DNA of 26,628 nt from Spirochaetaceae bacterium (lineage in GTDB: Bacteria; Spirochaetota; Spirochaetia; DSM-27196; PXBQ01): NCBI GenBank assembly GCA_003566875.1, contig PXBQ01000192.1, forward strand, positions 1-26,628. The letters are read 5' to 3'. The stretch's first letter is position 1. Each line of letters starts with the position of its first letter. The notes below the pieces were generated by a model. It worked only from the letters and a program-made list of their open reading frames with translations, made no database searches and was not told where the DNA came from. Positions 16,505-24,306 of this stretch are shown one piece after another. A program made the position numbers and the translations under genes.

Positions 16505-17500
16505 TTAGTCTTCATTTACCAAAACGTCCAACGTCAACGAGACGTTGTACGTGCGGTTCGGTTCCACACGGATTCTTCGCGTGACCGAAAAATCACCTAC
16601 GCGAAACATGACCGTATGCTCACCCGGCCGGAGCATAATCTCGCGTGAAGTCGCATCGACGATTTCACCGTTCACAAATAATGTCGTCCCGCGCGGCGCA
16701 GATATTAACACTTTTGCGTGTGGATGTTCCAATTGCACGACATGTTTTTTCGTGACTCCACGTTCGACTCCGATACTCGCAGAATACTCACGATACGTCT
16801 CGGACTGCAGGCCCAAACGTTTGACCCCGGGAACCAAGACGATGCCGTCCGGATCAAAGACCACTTCGCGGCCGTCGATCGTTACGGTGTGCTGCCCGAG
16901 TGACTCGCGCTCGAGTGTCGTGCCTTCCGGGCTCAGCAGTTCCAACACGACGGCGCCTTCGTTGCGGAAGATCGGCCTGATGCGGACGGGGAACTCCGCG
17001 TCGCGCGCGGAGTCCGGCATACCTTTTGAAACTGGAATAATCGTAACGGCGAACGGACTACCGTCGTACTCCATCATCGGTTCGGCGACGATCGTATCCG
17101 CGGTCGCGCGGACGGAGTGATCGAGGCGCAGCGGAAGCGAAAACACGACCCGACGGGCGTTCTGCGCGACGTGAGAAGCTGCCGAACGCGCGTCGCGCGC
17201 CATCGGTGGATCGTCGTCCGAGATCGTGACGTTCGAGAACACCGCGAGCGAAATCGGTAGCAACAAAGTCCGGATAGAGTCGGGGATCGTTATTTCGAAC
17301 TCGAGCGCGTCGACAAAACGCGGTGTCGCGTCGAACGAAGCGATTCCGATTTCGCCCATCGTCAATACGAACGCAACTTCGCTGCCGGATTCCAGTGGTA
17401 CGGTGTGGCGCTCGGTTACCGGCCCCCACAGGGTCTCCGCGGGTAACAGCCCGGCTATGAAGATACATGAAACGGCGGCGATCATCCTGCGAAACATCAA
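16505..17500 (-). CDS. Exported PEGA-domain protein
   Basis: Signal peptide; C-terminal PEGA-like repeats (ISAPRGTTLFVNGE, LRPGEHTVMFRVGDF); ATGA overlap with the M23 gene stop. Confidence 0.75.
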   Translation of the reverse strand: MMFRRMIAAVSCIFIAGLLPAETLWGPVTERHTVPLESGSEVAFVLTMGEIGIASFDATPRFVDALEFEITIPDSIRTLLLPISLAVFSNVTISDDDPPMARDARSAASHVAQNARRVVFSLPLRLDHSVRATADTIVAEPMMEYDGSPFAVTIIPVSKGMPDSARDAEFPVRIRPIFRNEGAVVLELLSPEGTTLERESLGQHTVTIDGREVVFDPDGIVLVPGVKRLGLQSETYREYSASIGVERGVTKKHVVQLEHPHAKVLISAPRGTTLFVNGEIVDATSREIMLRPGEHTVMFRVGDFSVTRRIRVEPNRTYNVSLTLDVLVNED

Positions 17501-18390
17501 TTCCTCCGCGGAAGCACCGACAGCGGGTCCCGCGATGTTCCGTGGACCCGCACTTCGAAGTGGAGGTGTGGTCCGGTCGAAATTCCGGTACTGCCGACTC
17601 TCCCGATAATCATACCCGATGTAACGCGGGCGTTCAACTCCACGAGTGCTTCGGAAAGGTGGCCGTAGAACGTGGTGTATCCCGCCTCATGCTCGATGAT
17701 GATGTAAAGGCCAAACAGTCGGTCGTCGCCCGACTCGATCACCCGACCGTCCCGCGCGGCGTACACGTCGGCGCCATCGGGCGCGGAGATGTCGACACCG
17801 TGGTGAAAACTGCGTAGCCCCGTGAAAGGATCAAATCTGAAACCGTACCGTGACGTGATACGCCCGGACGGCAAAGGATCGCGAAAGAGGGCGTCGAGAA
17901 ACGCGCGGCGCTCTATCGCCGAAAAATCCTCGCCGCGCACGTACCGGAACGAAATCGGTTGATCTCGTACGGTCACGGAAATGAGATCGCCGTGGTCCGG
18001 ATTACGCTCACTCGCGATGATACGTTCGAGATCGTTGACGGGTGTTTGCGCGACGAAAATCCCGGGTGCCGTCGGTATCACGAGTTCGCCGACATCGGGA
18101 GGTATCTGTGTTCCCGTGAGGCGATTCACGGTCGCGATCGTACTATAGGGAAGTAGAAACCGAGCGGAGACCGTAAGTACCGTGTCCCCCGGCCGTATCT
18201 CGTATCGATACATCGTCAGTGGGGGTGGATCGTCGCCGCGTCGGACGGCCATGTGAAACTGTTCGACGTTCTGAACGACCTGCAAAAAAAGCGGATCCGA
18301 ACGGTCGGGCCTTTCGATCAAAGGATAACGCGCTTGAGAGTGTGCCGAAGCGACAAGGATCAACCCAAAAACAAAGAATGGTACGCGCAT
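17497..18390 (-). CDS. LysM-M23 family peptidoglycan metallo-endopeptidase
   Basis: Signal peptide; LysM-like YEIRPGDTVLTVSARF; M23 motifs GRITSRYGFRFDPF, HHGVD (HxxxD), YGHL, STGPHLHFE (HxH). Confidence 0.92.
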   Translation of the reverse strand: MRVPFFVFGLILVASAHSQARYPLIERPDRSDPLFLQVVQNVEQFHMAVRRGDDPPPLTMYRYEIRPGDTVLTVSARFLLPYSTIATVNRLTGTQIPPDVGELVIPTAPGIFVAQTPVNDLERIIASERNPDHGDLISVTVRDQPISFRYVRGEDFSAIERRAFLDALFRDPLPSGRITSRYGFRFDPFTGLRSFHHGVDISAPDGADVYAARDGRVIESGDDRLFGLYIIIEHEAGYTTFYGHLSEALVELNARVTSGMIIGRVGSTGISTGPHLHFEVRVHGTSRDPLSVLPRRN

Positions 18391-18464
18391 CGGTTTCTAA
18401 GGTCGGTCTCCATCTGTCGCACCGTGGCGAAGAGCGAGCCGCGCGGCGGCAAAGACTCCCTCGC

Positions 18465-19451
18465 TCACCGCTGCGACCCTGTGCTGGGACTCATCCGGAG
18501 CTCGACCGTTTCACGGCGCGTGGCGTACGCACGCGCGTCTTCCTCCCGTCCCATCGACACGGCGTTTTCCTCGAGCGCGGAGAGAGCGCGGATTACTTCC
18601 GGGACGACGCCCAACGTAAGGTAGATGTCGAACGCTCGTGTGTAGTACTCGTGCGCGGCATCAAAGCGCGTTCGTCGACGTTCGATGCTGCCCAACGCAA
18701 AGAGGTCCTGCGCGATGCCGAGCGGATTCTCGATCATCTTGTCGCGCTCGAGCGCCTGGTACGCGAGATCATACGCCTCATCGAATAATCCGCGTCGAGA
18801 GTACACGGACGCCAACATGTAGAGGTTGGCGGCGACTTCCCCGTGGATGCGACGCTGTTCGTTGATGGCCAACGCTTTGCGGAGGTATTCTTCGGCAACG
18901 TCGTATCGTCCGAGACGGCCGTGAGCCGCACCGACATTGTGGTACAGGATAGCCGCGACGGGGGTCGTATGGTGCGGTCCGACAAGTTCGATCGCTTCGG
19001 AAAAAAAAGCGAGAGCGCGTTCGGTGTCTCCACGGCGTAAAGCGAGGTCGCCGAGATTGCTCTTGCCTTCAATCAACGTTTCGATCATGCGATCTGCGGT
19101 ATCGACCGTGGTGCCCGCGGTACCGCGTTCAGCGATCTTGACGGCACGTTGAAACTGGGCCTCGGCCGTCGAGAGATCCCCGGTAGCGACGTAGACCTTC
19201 CCGATTGCGTTCAATGCGCGCGCAACACCATTTTGGTCGTCAACCGAGATGCTCAGGCCTAACGCGTTCTCGTACAGCGATAGCGCTTGTTCGTACTCGG
19301 CTCGGACGGCGTACGTTGTGCCGTAGCGGATAAACTCCGCAGCCTGATTCCTCGTCGTAACAACTTCGTCGGATCCGCCTCGGAGCGACGAACACCCGAG
19401 GAGCAGAAAAAAACTCACCGCGACCGCGGTCAAAGCTGTTTTCACCGTCAC
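18465..19451 (-). CDS. Tetratricopeptide-repeat lipoprotein
   Basis: Lipobox LLG-C20; about six or seven TPR units (e.g. ARALNAIGKVY, AAILYHNVGAAHGRLGRYDVAEEYLRKAL, AQDLFALGSI); start abuts the mlaD stop. Confidence 0.88.
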   Translation of the reverse strand: MTVKTALTAVAVSFFLLLGCSSLRGGSDEVVTTRNQAAEFIRYGTTYAVRAEYEQALSLYENALGLSISVDDQNGVARALNAIGKVYVATGDLSTAEAQFQRAVKIAERGTAGTTVDTADRMIETLIEGKSNLGDLALRRGDTERALAFFSEAIELVGPHHTTPVAAILYHNVGAAHGRLGRYDVAEEYLRKALAINEQRRIHGEVAANLYMLASVYSRRGLFDEAYDLAYQALERDKMIENPLGIAQDLFALGSIERRRTRFDAAHEYYTRAFDIYLTLGVVPEVIRALSALEENAVSMGREEDARAYATRRETVELRMSPSTGSQR

Positions 19452-20531
19452 CTAAAACTCCGGATCGCGGAAGCCACCGAACGTTGCCGGGGGTTCGAGC
19501 TGCGTGGAAATGCCGCCGCGGATCAAGGGGTTGTTGCTCAAACCTTCGAGCACGTCCTTCCCGGTTGCGAGCGTGCGTCGGCCTTCCTCGAGAATGCCTG
19601 TCAGTTGTGGTGTCGTTCGATTCATGAACTGCGCAAGGTCGGCCAGCTCCATCGTGACATCCGAAAGGTCGGACAGCAAGCCGTCGATGCGATCGAACAG
19701 AACTTCATCGTCGTCGAGGATCTTCGCGATCGAGCCGCTCGGATCGAGCAATCTCGGAACGATGCCGGTCGGATCGGCGATCGCGTCGGAAGCGAGCGCA
19801 ACGTTTTTTGCAATTTCCTCGATATACACCAGGATCCCGTCGGCCTGCGTGACGGTGTTCCTGATCGTTCGTTCGAGCTCCTCGATGATCGCGTCGACCC
19901 CAATGAAGAGTTCGGCTATCGGCCCGTCTCGGCTCGAACCGTCGAGCGTCGCGTTAACGATTTGTAGAGTTTGGGTCGCTTCGGCGACCGCGATATCGAG
20001 GGTAGCGGTCAGCGTCGTCACGTTCTCGAGTATCGGGTCGATCTGGTCAAGAAGGCGCGTGATCTGGTCTTCCTGCCGAGGCAGAACGACGAGATCGTCG
20101 GCAATCAGTTGACGCGCTTCGACCGAATCGAGCGACGGGATGACCGAGTACTCTTCGGGCGGAGCCGACGGGTACCTTCCTTGATGGAAGACAAGTCCAC
20201 CTCCGAGCCCGAGCGGATTCGAGATTAACTGGATCACCGAGTTTTCGCGAACGGTGTCGATGTACCGGTCCTGAACGTGAAAAATGATCTCGACATCGTT
20301 CTCGGCGGTAAGCTCCATTTTTTCAAGTCTTCCGATCTGGAAACCTTTGAACGTGATCGGCATTCCGATGCTGAGGCCCGACGCGGAAGAGAATAAGCTC
20401 CGGTAGTAGTAGTTTCGCGCGAACCACCGTTGGTTTGCGCCGACCGTGACGAGAATCGCGATGAACGAAAGCATACCGACGATCACGAAGACGCCGACGA
20501 TCTGGTACGCGAACCGGATTCTGAATTTCAT
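19452..20531 (-). CDS. mlaD: MCE/MlaD-family protein with a long helical C-terminal extension
   Basis: N-terminal TM, single MCE domain (FSSASGLSIGMPITFKGFQIGRL), then about 200 aa of heptad-like helix ending NNPLIRGG. Confidence 0.87.
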   Translation of the reverse strand: MKFRIRFAYQIVGVFVIVGMLSFIAILVTVGANQRWFARNYYYRSLFSSASGLSIGMPITFKGFQIGRLEKMELTAENDVEIIFHVQDRYIDTVRENSVIQLISNPLGLGGGLVFHQGRYPSAPPEEYSVIPSLDSVEARQLIADDLVVLPRQEDQITRLLDQIDPILENVTTLTATLDIAVAEATQTLQIVNATLDGSSRDGPIAELFIGVDAIIEELERTIRNTVTQADGILVYIEEIAKNVALASDAIADPTGIVPRLLDPSGSIAKILDDDEVLFDRIDGLLSDLSDVTMELADLAQFMNRTTPQLTGILEEGRRTLATGKDVLEGLSNNPLIRGGISTQLEPPATFGGFRDPEF

Positions 20532-20566
20532 CTCGGTTCACAGTCTAGTTGAGGAACGCTCGTTCG

Positions 20567-21361
20567 TCAATCGAGCGTGTCGCTTCCGAGCAAGTCGAGT
20601 ACGTCACCCGCGTACGTGGCAGTCTCGCTGAGTACATCTGACAGAATCGCGGCAACGGCTTGATCCTCCGATCGGACGATATCGTTGAACGGTCCAAACG
20701 CAAGAATACGGCCCTCGCTCATAACGACGAGGTTATCGGCGCATTGCGACGCGAACTGCGCGTTGTGCGTCGCTCCGATTATCGTGGTCGACGTACTCTT
20801 GAGGTGTTTCACCACGCGGAGCACGTTGCCGACCGTTTGCGCGTCGAGAAAAGTGGTCGGTTCATCGAGAAAAAGCAGACGAGGAGTTGCCGAGAGCGCC
20901 CGGATGAATGAAACGAGCTTGATTTGGCCACCGGACAGCTGGGACGGACGGTTGCGTAGGTCGCCCGTGAAGCTGAGCTGATGAGTTAGTTCCGAAATGC
21001 GCGTTGCGATCTCGGTGTGCGTCATCGTGGGATAGTGGAACGATATGGGAAGTGCAATGTTGTCGTAAATCGACATGTTCTGCCATAATGCACCGCTCTG
21101 AAAAACGAAACCGGAGTACTTGCGGAACTCGAGTAGCGTTCGATGGTTGAGCATCGCGAGATCGCGATCGTCGACGAACACCGTACCGGTGTCCGGCGGG
21201 ATTATCCCGCACGCGACACGCAGGAGTGTGCTCTTCCCGCAGCCGGACGGCCCCATTATCAATGTTGTGGCGTTTTCGGGGAACTCGACCGATACGTCCG
21301 AGAGAACTTGAGTTTCTCCGAGCGATGCCGAGACGTTTTCCAGTCGGATCGTTGTGTTCAT
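20567..21361 (-). CDS. mlaF: MlaF/Mkl-type ABC ATPase
   Basis: Walker A GPSGCGKS, GFVFQSGALW, LSGGQ, Walker B LFLDEPT, H-loop ATHN; lies between mlaE and mlaD. Confidence 0.87.
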   Translation of the reverse strand: MNTTIRLENVSASLGETQVLSDVSVEFPENATTLIMGPSGCGKSTLLRVACGIIPPDTGTVFVDDRDLAMLNHRTLLEFRKYSGFVFQSGALWQNMSIYDNIALPISFHYPTMTHTEIATRISELTHQLSFTGDLRNRPSQLSGGQIKLVSFIRALSATPRLLFLDEPTTFLDAQTVGNVLRVVKHLKSTSTTIIGATHNAQFASQCADNLVVMSEGRILAFGPFNDIVRSEDQAVAAILSDVLSETATYAGDVLDLLGSDTLD

Positions 21362-21370
21362 CTCGGCGTC

Positions 21371-22165
21371 TCACAGGTAGTATGCGATCGTCAACACGGC
21401 ATTGACGAGCATAAGGATCGTGACGTTGTACCCAACCGATCGAATCGTCATCTGAGGGATCTCGGTCTGTGCGCTCTCAACCTTGAATCCGAAGTACGTC
21501 GCCACCGTCGCGATCACCGCACCGAAAGCGATGCTCTTTACGATCGACGCGAAGATATCGACCATATTCAACACACCCAGTAGTCCCGAGAAGTACTCAC
21601 CGAAACCTATGGGGCGAACGAACTGCGTCACGACGAACGAACCGAGTAAACCGAACACGTTGAAGTAAACGTTCAGTACGACCAGTGACACCGTAACGCC
21701 GACAAAACGCGGCACGACTAGATACGAGATCGGATCGATCCCGGTAGCGATGAATGCGTCGATCTCGTGGTTCGCCACCATCGTACCAAGCTCGGTCGTT
21801 ATCGCGGTGCCCGAACGCGCCGCGACGATGAATGCGGTCAGGATCGGGCCGAGCTCGCGCGTGATCACCGCGATCAGGATCGTGTAGATCAGCGCGCCTT
21901 GCCCAAACTGCGGGAGGATAGACAACCCTTGAACCACGATGATCGCTCCGAGTCCCAACGAAAGCGTCGCGATGATCGTGAGCGCCTCGACGCCCGTGAA
22001 CAGGATCTGGAACACCAGCACACGAAACCCGGCATTCTTGCGACGGAAGAAAAAAACGGTCTCTTTCAGAACTGCCGCAAAAAAACCCATCGCGTACAAG
22101 AATCCGGTGATCCTTCCGACCGTCGTTCTGCCGATTCTTTCGAGTGCTTCGCCTGCTCGTGCCAC
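21371..22165 (-). CDS. mlaE: MlaE-family ABC permease
   Basis: RELGPILTAFIVAARSGTAITTELGTM, EIDAF..TGIDP..YLVVPR. Start reassigned from 22249 to GTG 22165, giving 264 aa and placing it just after a sigma70 promoter. Confidence 0.9.
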   Translation of the reverse strand: MARAGEALERIGRTTVGRITGFLYAMGFFAAVLKETVFFFRRKNAGFRVLVFQILFTGVEALTIIATLSLGLGAIIVVQGLSILPQFGQGALIYTILIAVITRELGPILTAFIVAARSGTAITTELGTMVANHEIDAFIATGIDPISYLVVPRFVGVTVSLVVLNVYFNVFGLLGSFVVTQFVRPIGFGEYFSGLLGVLNMVDIFASIVKSIAFGAVIATVATYFGFKVESAQTEIPQMTIRSVGYNVTILMLVNAVLTIAYYL

Positions 22166-22170
22166 GACGC

Positions 22171-22199
22171 ATTTTACGCGATTCGCGACGAAACGACAA
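22171..22199 (-). promoter_or_regulatory. Sigma70 promoter for the mla operon
   Basis: TTGTCG(22199-22194)-N17-TAAAAT(22176-22171). Confidence 0.65.
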
Positions 22200-22337
22200 C
22201 AAAGCGCCGGCCGGTTCGGCGGAACCCGGATCGGCGGATAACTCACCAAAAAACTGATCGTCGGCCCAAACCGGACCGATACTGGAAAAAGGAAACACCA
22301 AGAGCGTCTTTCCGAATTTACAGTCGCGTGACGTCGC

Positions 22338-22366
22338 TTGATTAGAACTGCATTGTTGACTAAAGT
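22338..22366 (+). promoter_or_regulatory. Sigma70 promoter for the cNMP-TPR/Crp pair
   Basis: TTGATT(22338-22343)-N17-TAAAGT(22361-22366), then RBS GGGAG (22375-22379) and GTG 22388. Confidence 0.6.
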
Positions 22367-22387
22367 AGCATTTTGGGAGTGTGTATC

Positions 22388-23404
22388 GTGCCGAAACCTA
22401 TGACGTACAAGGCCAACTCTGTAATTTACTTTCAGGGCGACGTCAGCGATCGTATCTACATTCTCAAGTCCGGGCGGGTCAGCTTGACGTCAAACGACAT
22501 CGAGACCGGGCAGGAAATCCACGACTACATTCAAACGGGTGAGTTTTTTGGGGTCAAGTCTGCGCTCGGTAGATATCCACGGGAAGAGAGCGCTGCGGTT
22601 CTCTCGGATGCTCACGTGATCATGTTCACGGTTCCTGAGTTTGAGCAGGTCGTTTCCGCGAATACGCGTATCATCATGAAGATGCTCAAGGTTTTTTCGA
22701 ATCAACTCCGGAAAATGCACGCCAAGGTTCAAGACCTCTTGGCGTCCGACTCACAAAACGACCCCGAAGAGGGCCTGTTCCGGATTGGTGAGTACTATCT
22801 GCGAAAAAAACAGTACTCGAAAGCCCTATACGCGTTTCAACGATACCTCACGTACTATCCTTCGGGAAAATTCCACGTGAAGGCAAACTCCCACGCGTTG
22901 ACGGCTGAAAACTATGCGCAGCAGTATGGGGTCGGCAAGGGCCCGGGTGTTCCCGGATTGACGACGGGAGACGCTCCTCAATCGACGACACAATCAAAAC
23001 CCGAGGAAGGGAGGTCGTTGTCGGATGTAGCCAAAAGGTTCTACGACGCCGTGAGTCTTTTCAGTCGGCAGGAGTATACCGATTCGCTCAAGGCGTTCAA
23101 GCAGATAGCGGCATCGGGTGGAGACGAGGAGTATACGGTCAAGTCGTTGTTCGAAATCGGCAGATGTCTCCACGCTTTGAAACAGTACGGGCCGTGTATC
23201 AAACACTTCACGGGGATGATTCAGAAGTATCCGAAAATGCCGAGCCTCCCGGATGCGTTGTACTACGTCGGGCAATCGTACCTCGAGCAGGGCGACGCTA
23301 CGCGCGCGTCAGGGTTCTTCAACAAAATCATCTCGATGCCGGGAATCGACGACGGGCTCAAAAGAAAAGTCAACAAGGCGATGAAAGCGGTCGAGGAGAC
23401 GTGA
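22388..23404 (+). CDS. Cyclic-nucleotide-binding-domain protein with C-terminal TPRs (cytoplasmic)
   Basis: cNMP fold (VIYFQGD..DRIYILKSGRV, GEFFGVKSALGRYPREESA); CpoB/BamD-like TPRs (FQRYLTYYPSG, KYPKMPSLPDALYYVGQSY); no signal peptide. Start set at GTG 22388 from the RBS. Confidence 0.88.
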   Translation: MPKPMTYKANSVIYFQGDVSDRIYILKSGRVSLTSNDIETGQEIHDYIQTGEFFGVKSALGRYPREESAAVLSDAHVIMFTVPEFEQVVSANTRIIMKMLKVFSNQLRKMHAKVQDLLASDSQNDPEEGLFRIGEYYLRKKQYSKALYAFQRYLTYYPSGKFHVKANSHALTAENYAQQYGVGKGPGVPGLTTGDAPQSTTQSKPEEGRSLSDVAKRFYDAVSLFSRQEYTDSLKAFKQIAASGGDEEYTVKSLFEIGRCLHALKQYGPCIKHFTGMIQKYPKMPSLPDALYYVGQSYLEQGDATRASGFFNKIISMPGIDDGLKRKVNKAMKAVEET

Positions 23405-23405
23405 C

Positions 23406-24044
23406 ATGGATCTCAGCAACCCTGCGTTCGAGCGCTTCGCGGTAACGTTCCAGCCGGGCGACATCATCTTCTGCGAACACGAACCCGGAGACTCGTTTTA
23501 CCTGATTCAGGCCGGTCGCGTGCAGATCTCGCGAATCATGGCCGACATCGAGAAGACGATCGACATCCTTCAGCCCGGAGAGATTTTCGGCGAGATGGCC
23601 ATTCTCGAAGAAGCTCCACGATCGGCGAACGCGATCGCGCTCGACCCGATGAAGGCGCTCGAGTTCAACCGCGCCAATTTTGAGATTTTGATGCGCGGAA
23701 ATCCACAGATCGCGTTAAAACTGCTTAAGTTATTTACAAAGCGCATCTACGATCAACGCCGCCGCTTCATGATCTTGACTCTCGACGATGTGCAGGCGAA
23801 AGTCGCCGACGTTTTCTTGATGCTCGCCGAAGGCGAGGGGACAAACAACCAGGAGTCGAACGAACGCACTTTTCGCACCTCGGTCGAAGACGTCGCGCAC
23901 TGGGCGGGTATATCGCCCGAGAAGAGCCGCGAAGTCCTGAGCCACTTCGCCTCTCAACGCCGGATCGAGATCTACCAGGACCGCGTCGTCGTCCGGAACA
24001 TCAACGACCTCATCCGTTTTGTGAACTCCCGCCGCCGGCAGTAA
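23406..24044 (+). CDS. Crp/Fnr family transcriptional regulator
   Basis: IFCEHEPGDSFYLIQAGRV, canonical cassette FGEMAILEEAPRSA, C-helix, HTH SVEDVAHWAGISPEKSREVL; 1 nt after the upstream stop. Confidence 0.9.
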   Translation: MDLSNPAFERFAVTFQPGDIIFCEHEPGDSFYLIQAGRVQISRIMADIEKTIDILQPGEIFGEMAILEEAPRSANAIALDPMKALEFNRANFEILMRGNPQIALKLLKLFTKRIYDQRRRFMILTLDDVQAKVADVFLMLAEGEGTNNQESNERTFRTSVEDVAHWAGISPEKSREVLSHFASQRRIEIYQDRVVVRNINDLIRFVNSRRRQ

Positions 24045-24124
24045 TGCCCGGAGAGAGTCGAATTATCGAAGTTCTCACCGACATCATCCGGAGCGGGGTC
24101 GGTACGTTTTCTGGGGAAGGGGAA

Positions 24125-24196
24125 AGCCAGAACGCGGATTCGAACCGCGGACCTGCTCATTACGAGTGAGCTGCTCTACCACTGAGCTATCCTGGC
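24125..24196 (-). tRNA. tRNA-Thr (anticodon CGT), CCA not encoded
   Basis: GCCAGGA TA GCTC AGTGGTA GAGC A GCTCA CT-CGT-AA TGAGC AGGTC CGCGG TTCGAAT CCGCG TTCTGGC T; all four stems pair. Confidence 0.97.
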
Positions 24197-24215
24197 GATT
24201 TTCTTACGAGGCCGG

Positions 24216-24244
24216 AGTATAGATCATATCCCGAAAAATGGAAA
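24216..24244 (-). promoter_or_regulatory. Sigma70 promoter for tRNA-Thr
   Basis: TTTCCA(24244-24239)-N17-TATACT(24221-24216), 20 nt upstream of the tRNA. Confidence 0.6.
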
Positions 24245-24251
24245 TACCCTC

Positions 24252-24279
24252 TCACGAGAATCCGTCGGTTCTCCGATAA
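24252..24279 (+). promoter_or_regulatory. Putative sigma28 (FliA) promoter for flgF-flgG-flgJ
   Basis: TCAC(24252-24255)-N16-TCCGATAA(24272-24279) against the consensus TAAA-N15/16-GCCGATAA; -10 matches 7/8, -35 is weak. Confidence 0.4.
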
Positions 24280-24306
24280 ATAAGTAAGTAGTGTGGGGAG
24301 GGAACC

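Noticed and set aside
16465-16584. 39-codon plus-strand ORF (MTDGFIIVSRR...) after GGGAGGGG
   Set aside because: Antisense to the PEGA 3' end, long SD spacing, no promoter and no toxin-like hydrophobicity.
20527-21366. Identical CCGAGATGAA around the mlaF and mlaD start codons
   Set aside because: Only 10 nt including the ATG; compatible with chance and with no known motif.
22324-22342. CGTGA-N6-TTGAT as a CRP box upstream of the cNMP gene
   Set aside because: The second half-site does not match TCACA.
24073-24110. ACCGAC...GTCGGT hairpin plus TTTT as a terminator for the Crp operon
   Set aside because: Large irregular loop and a short, displaced U tract; too weak to call.
24045-24196. tRNA-Thr 3' end as an integration site
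   Set aside because: No integrase, no duplicated tRNA 3' fragment, and core genes lie on both sides.
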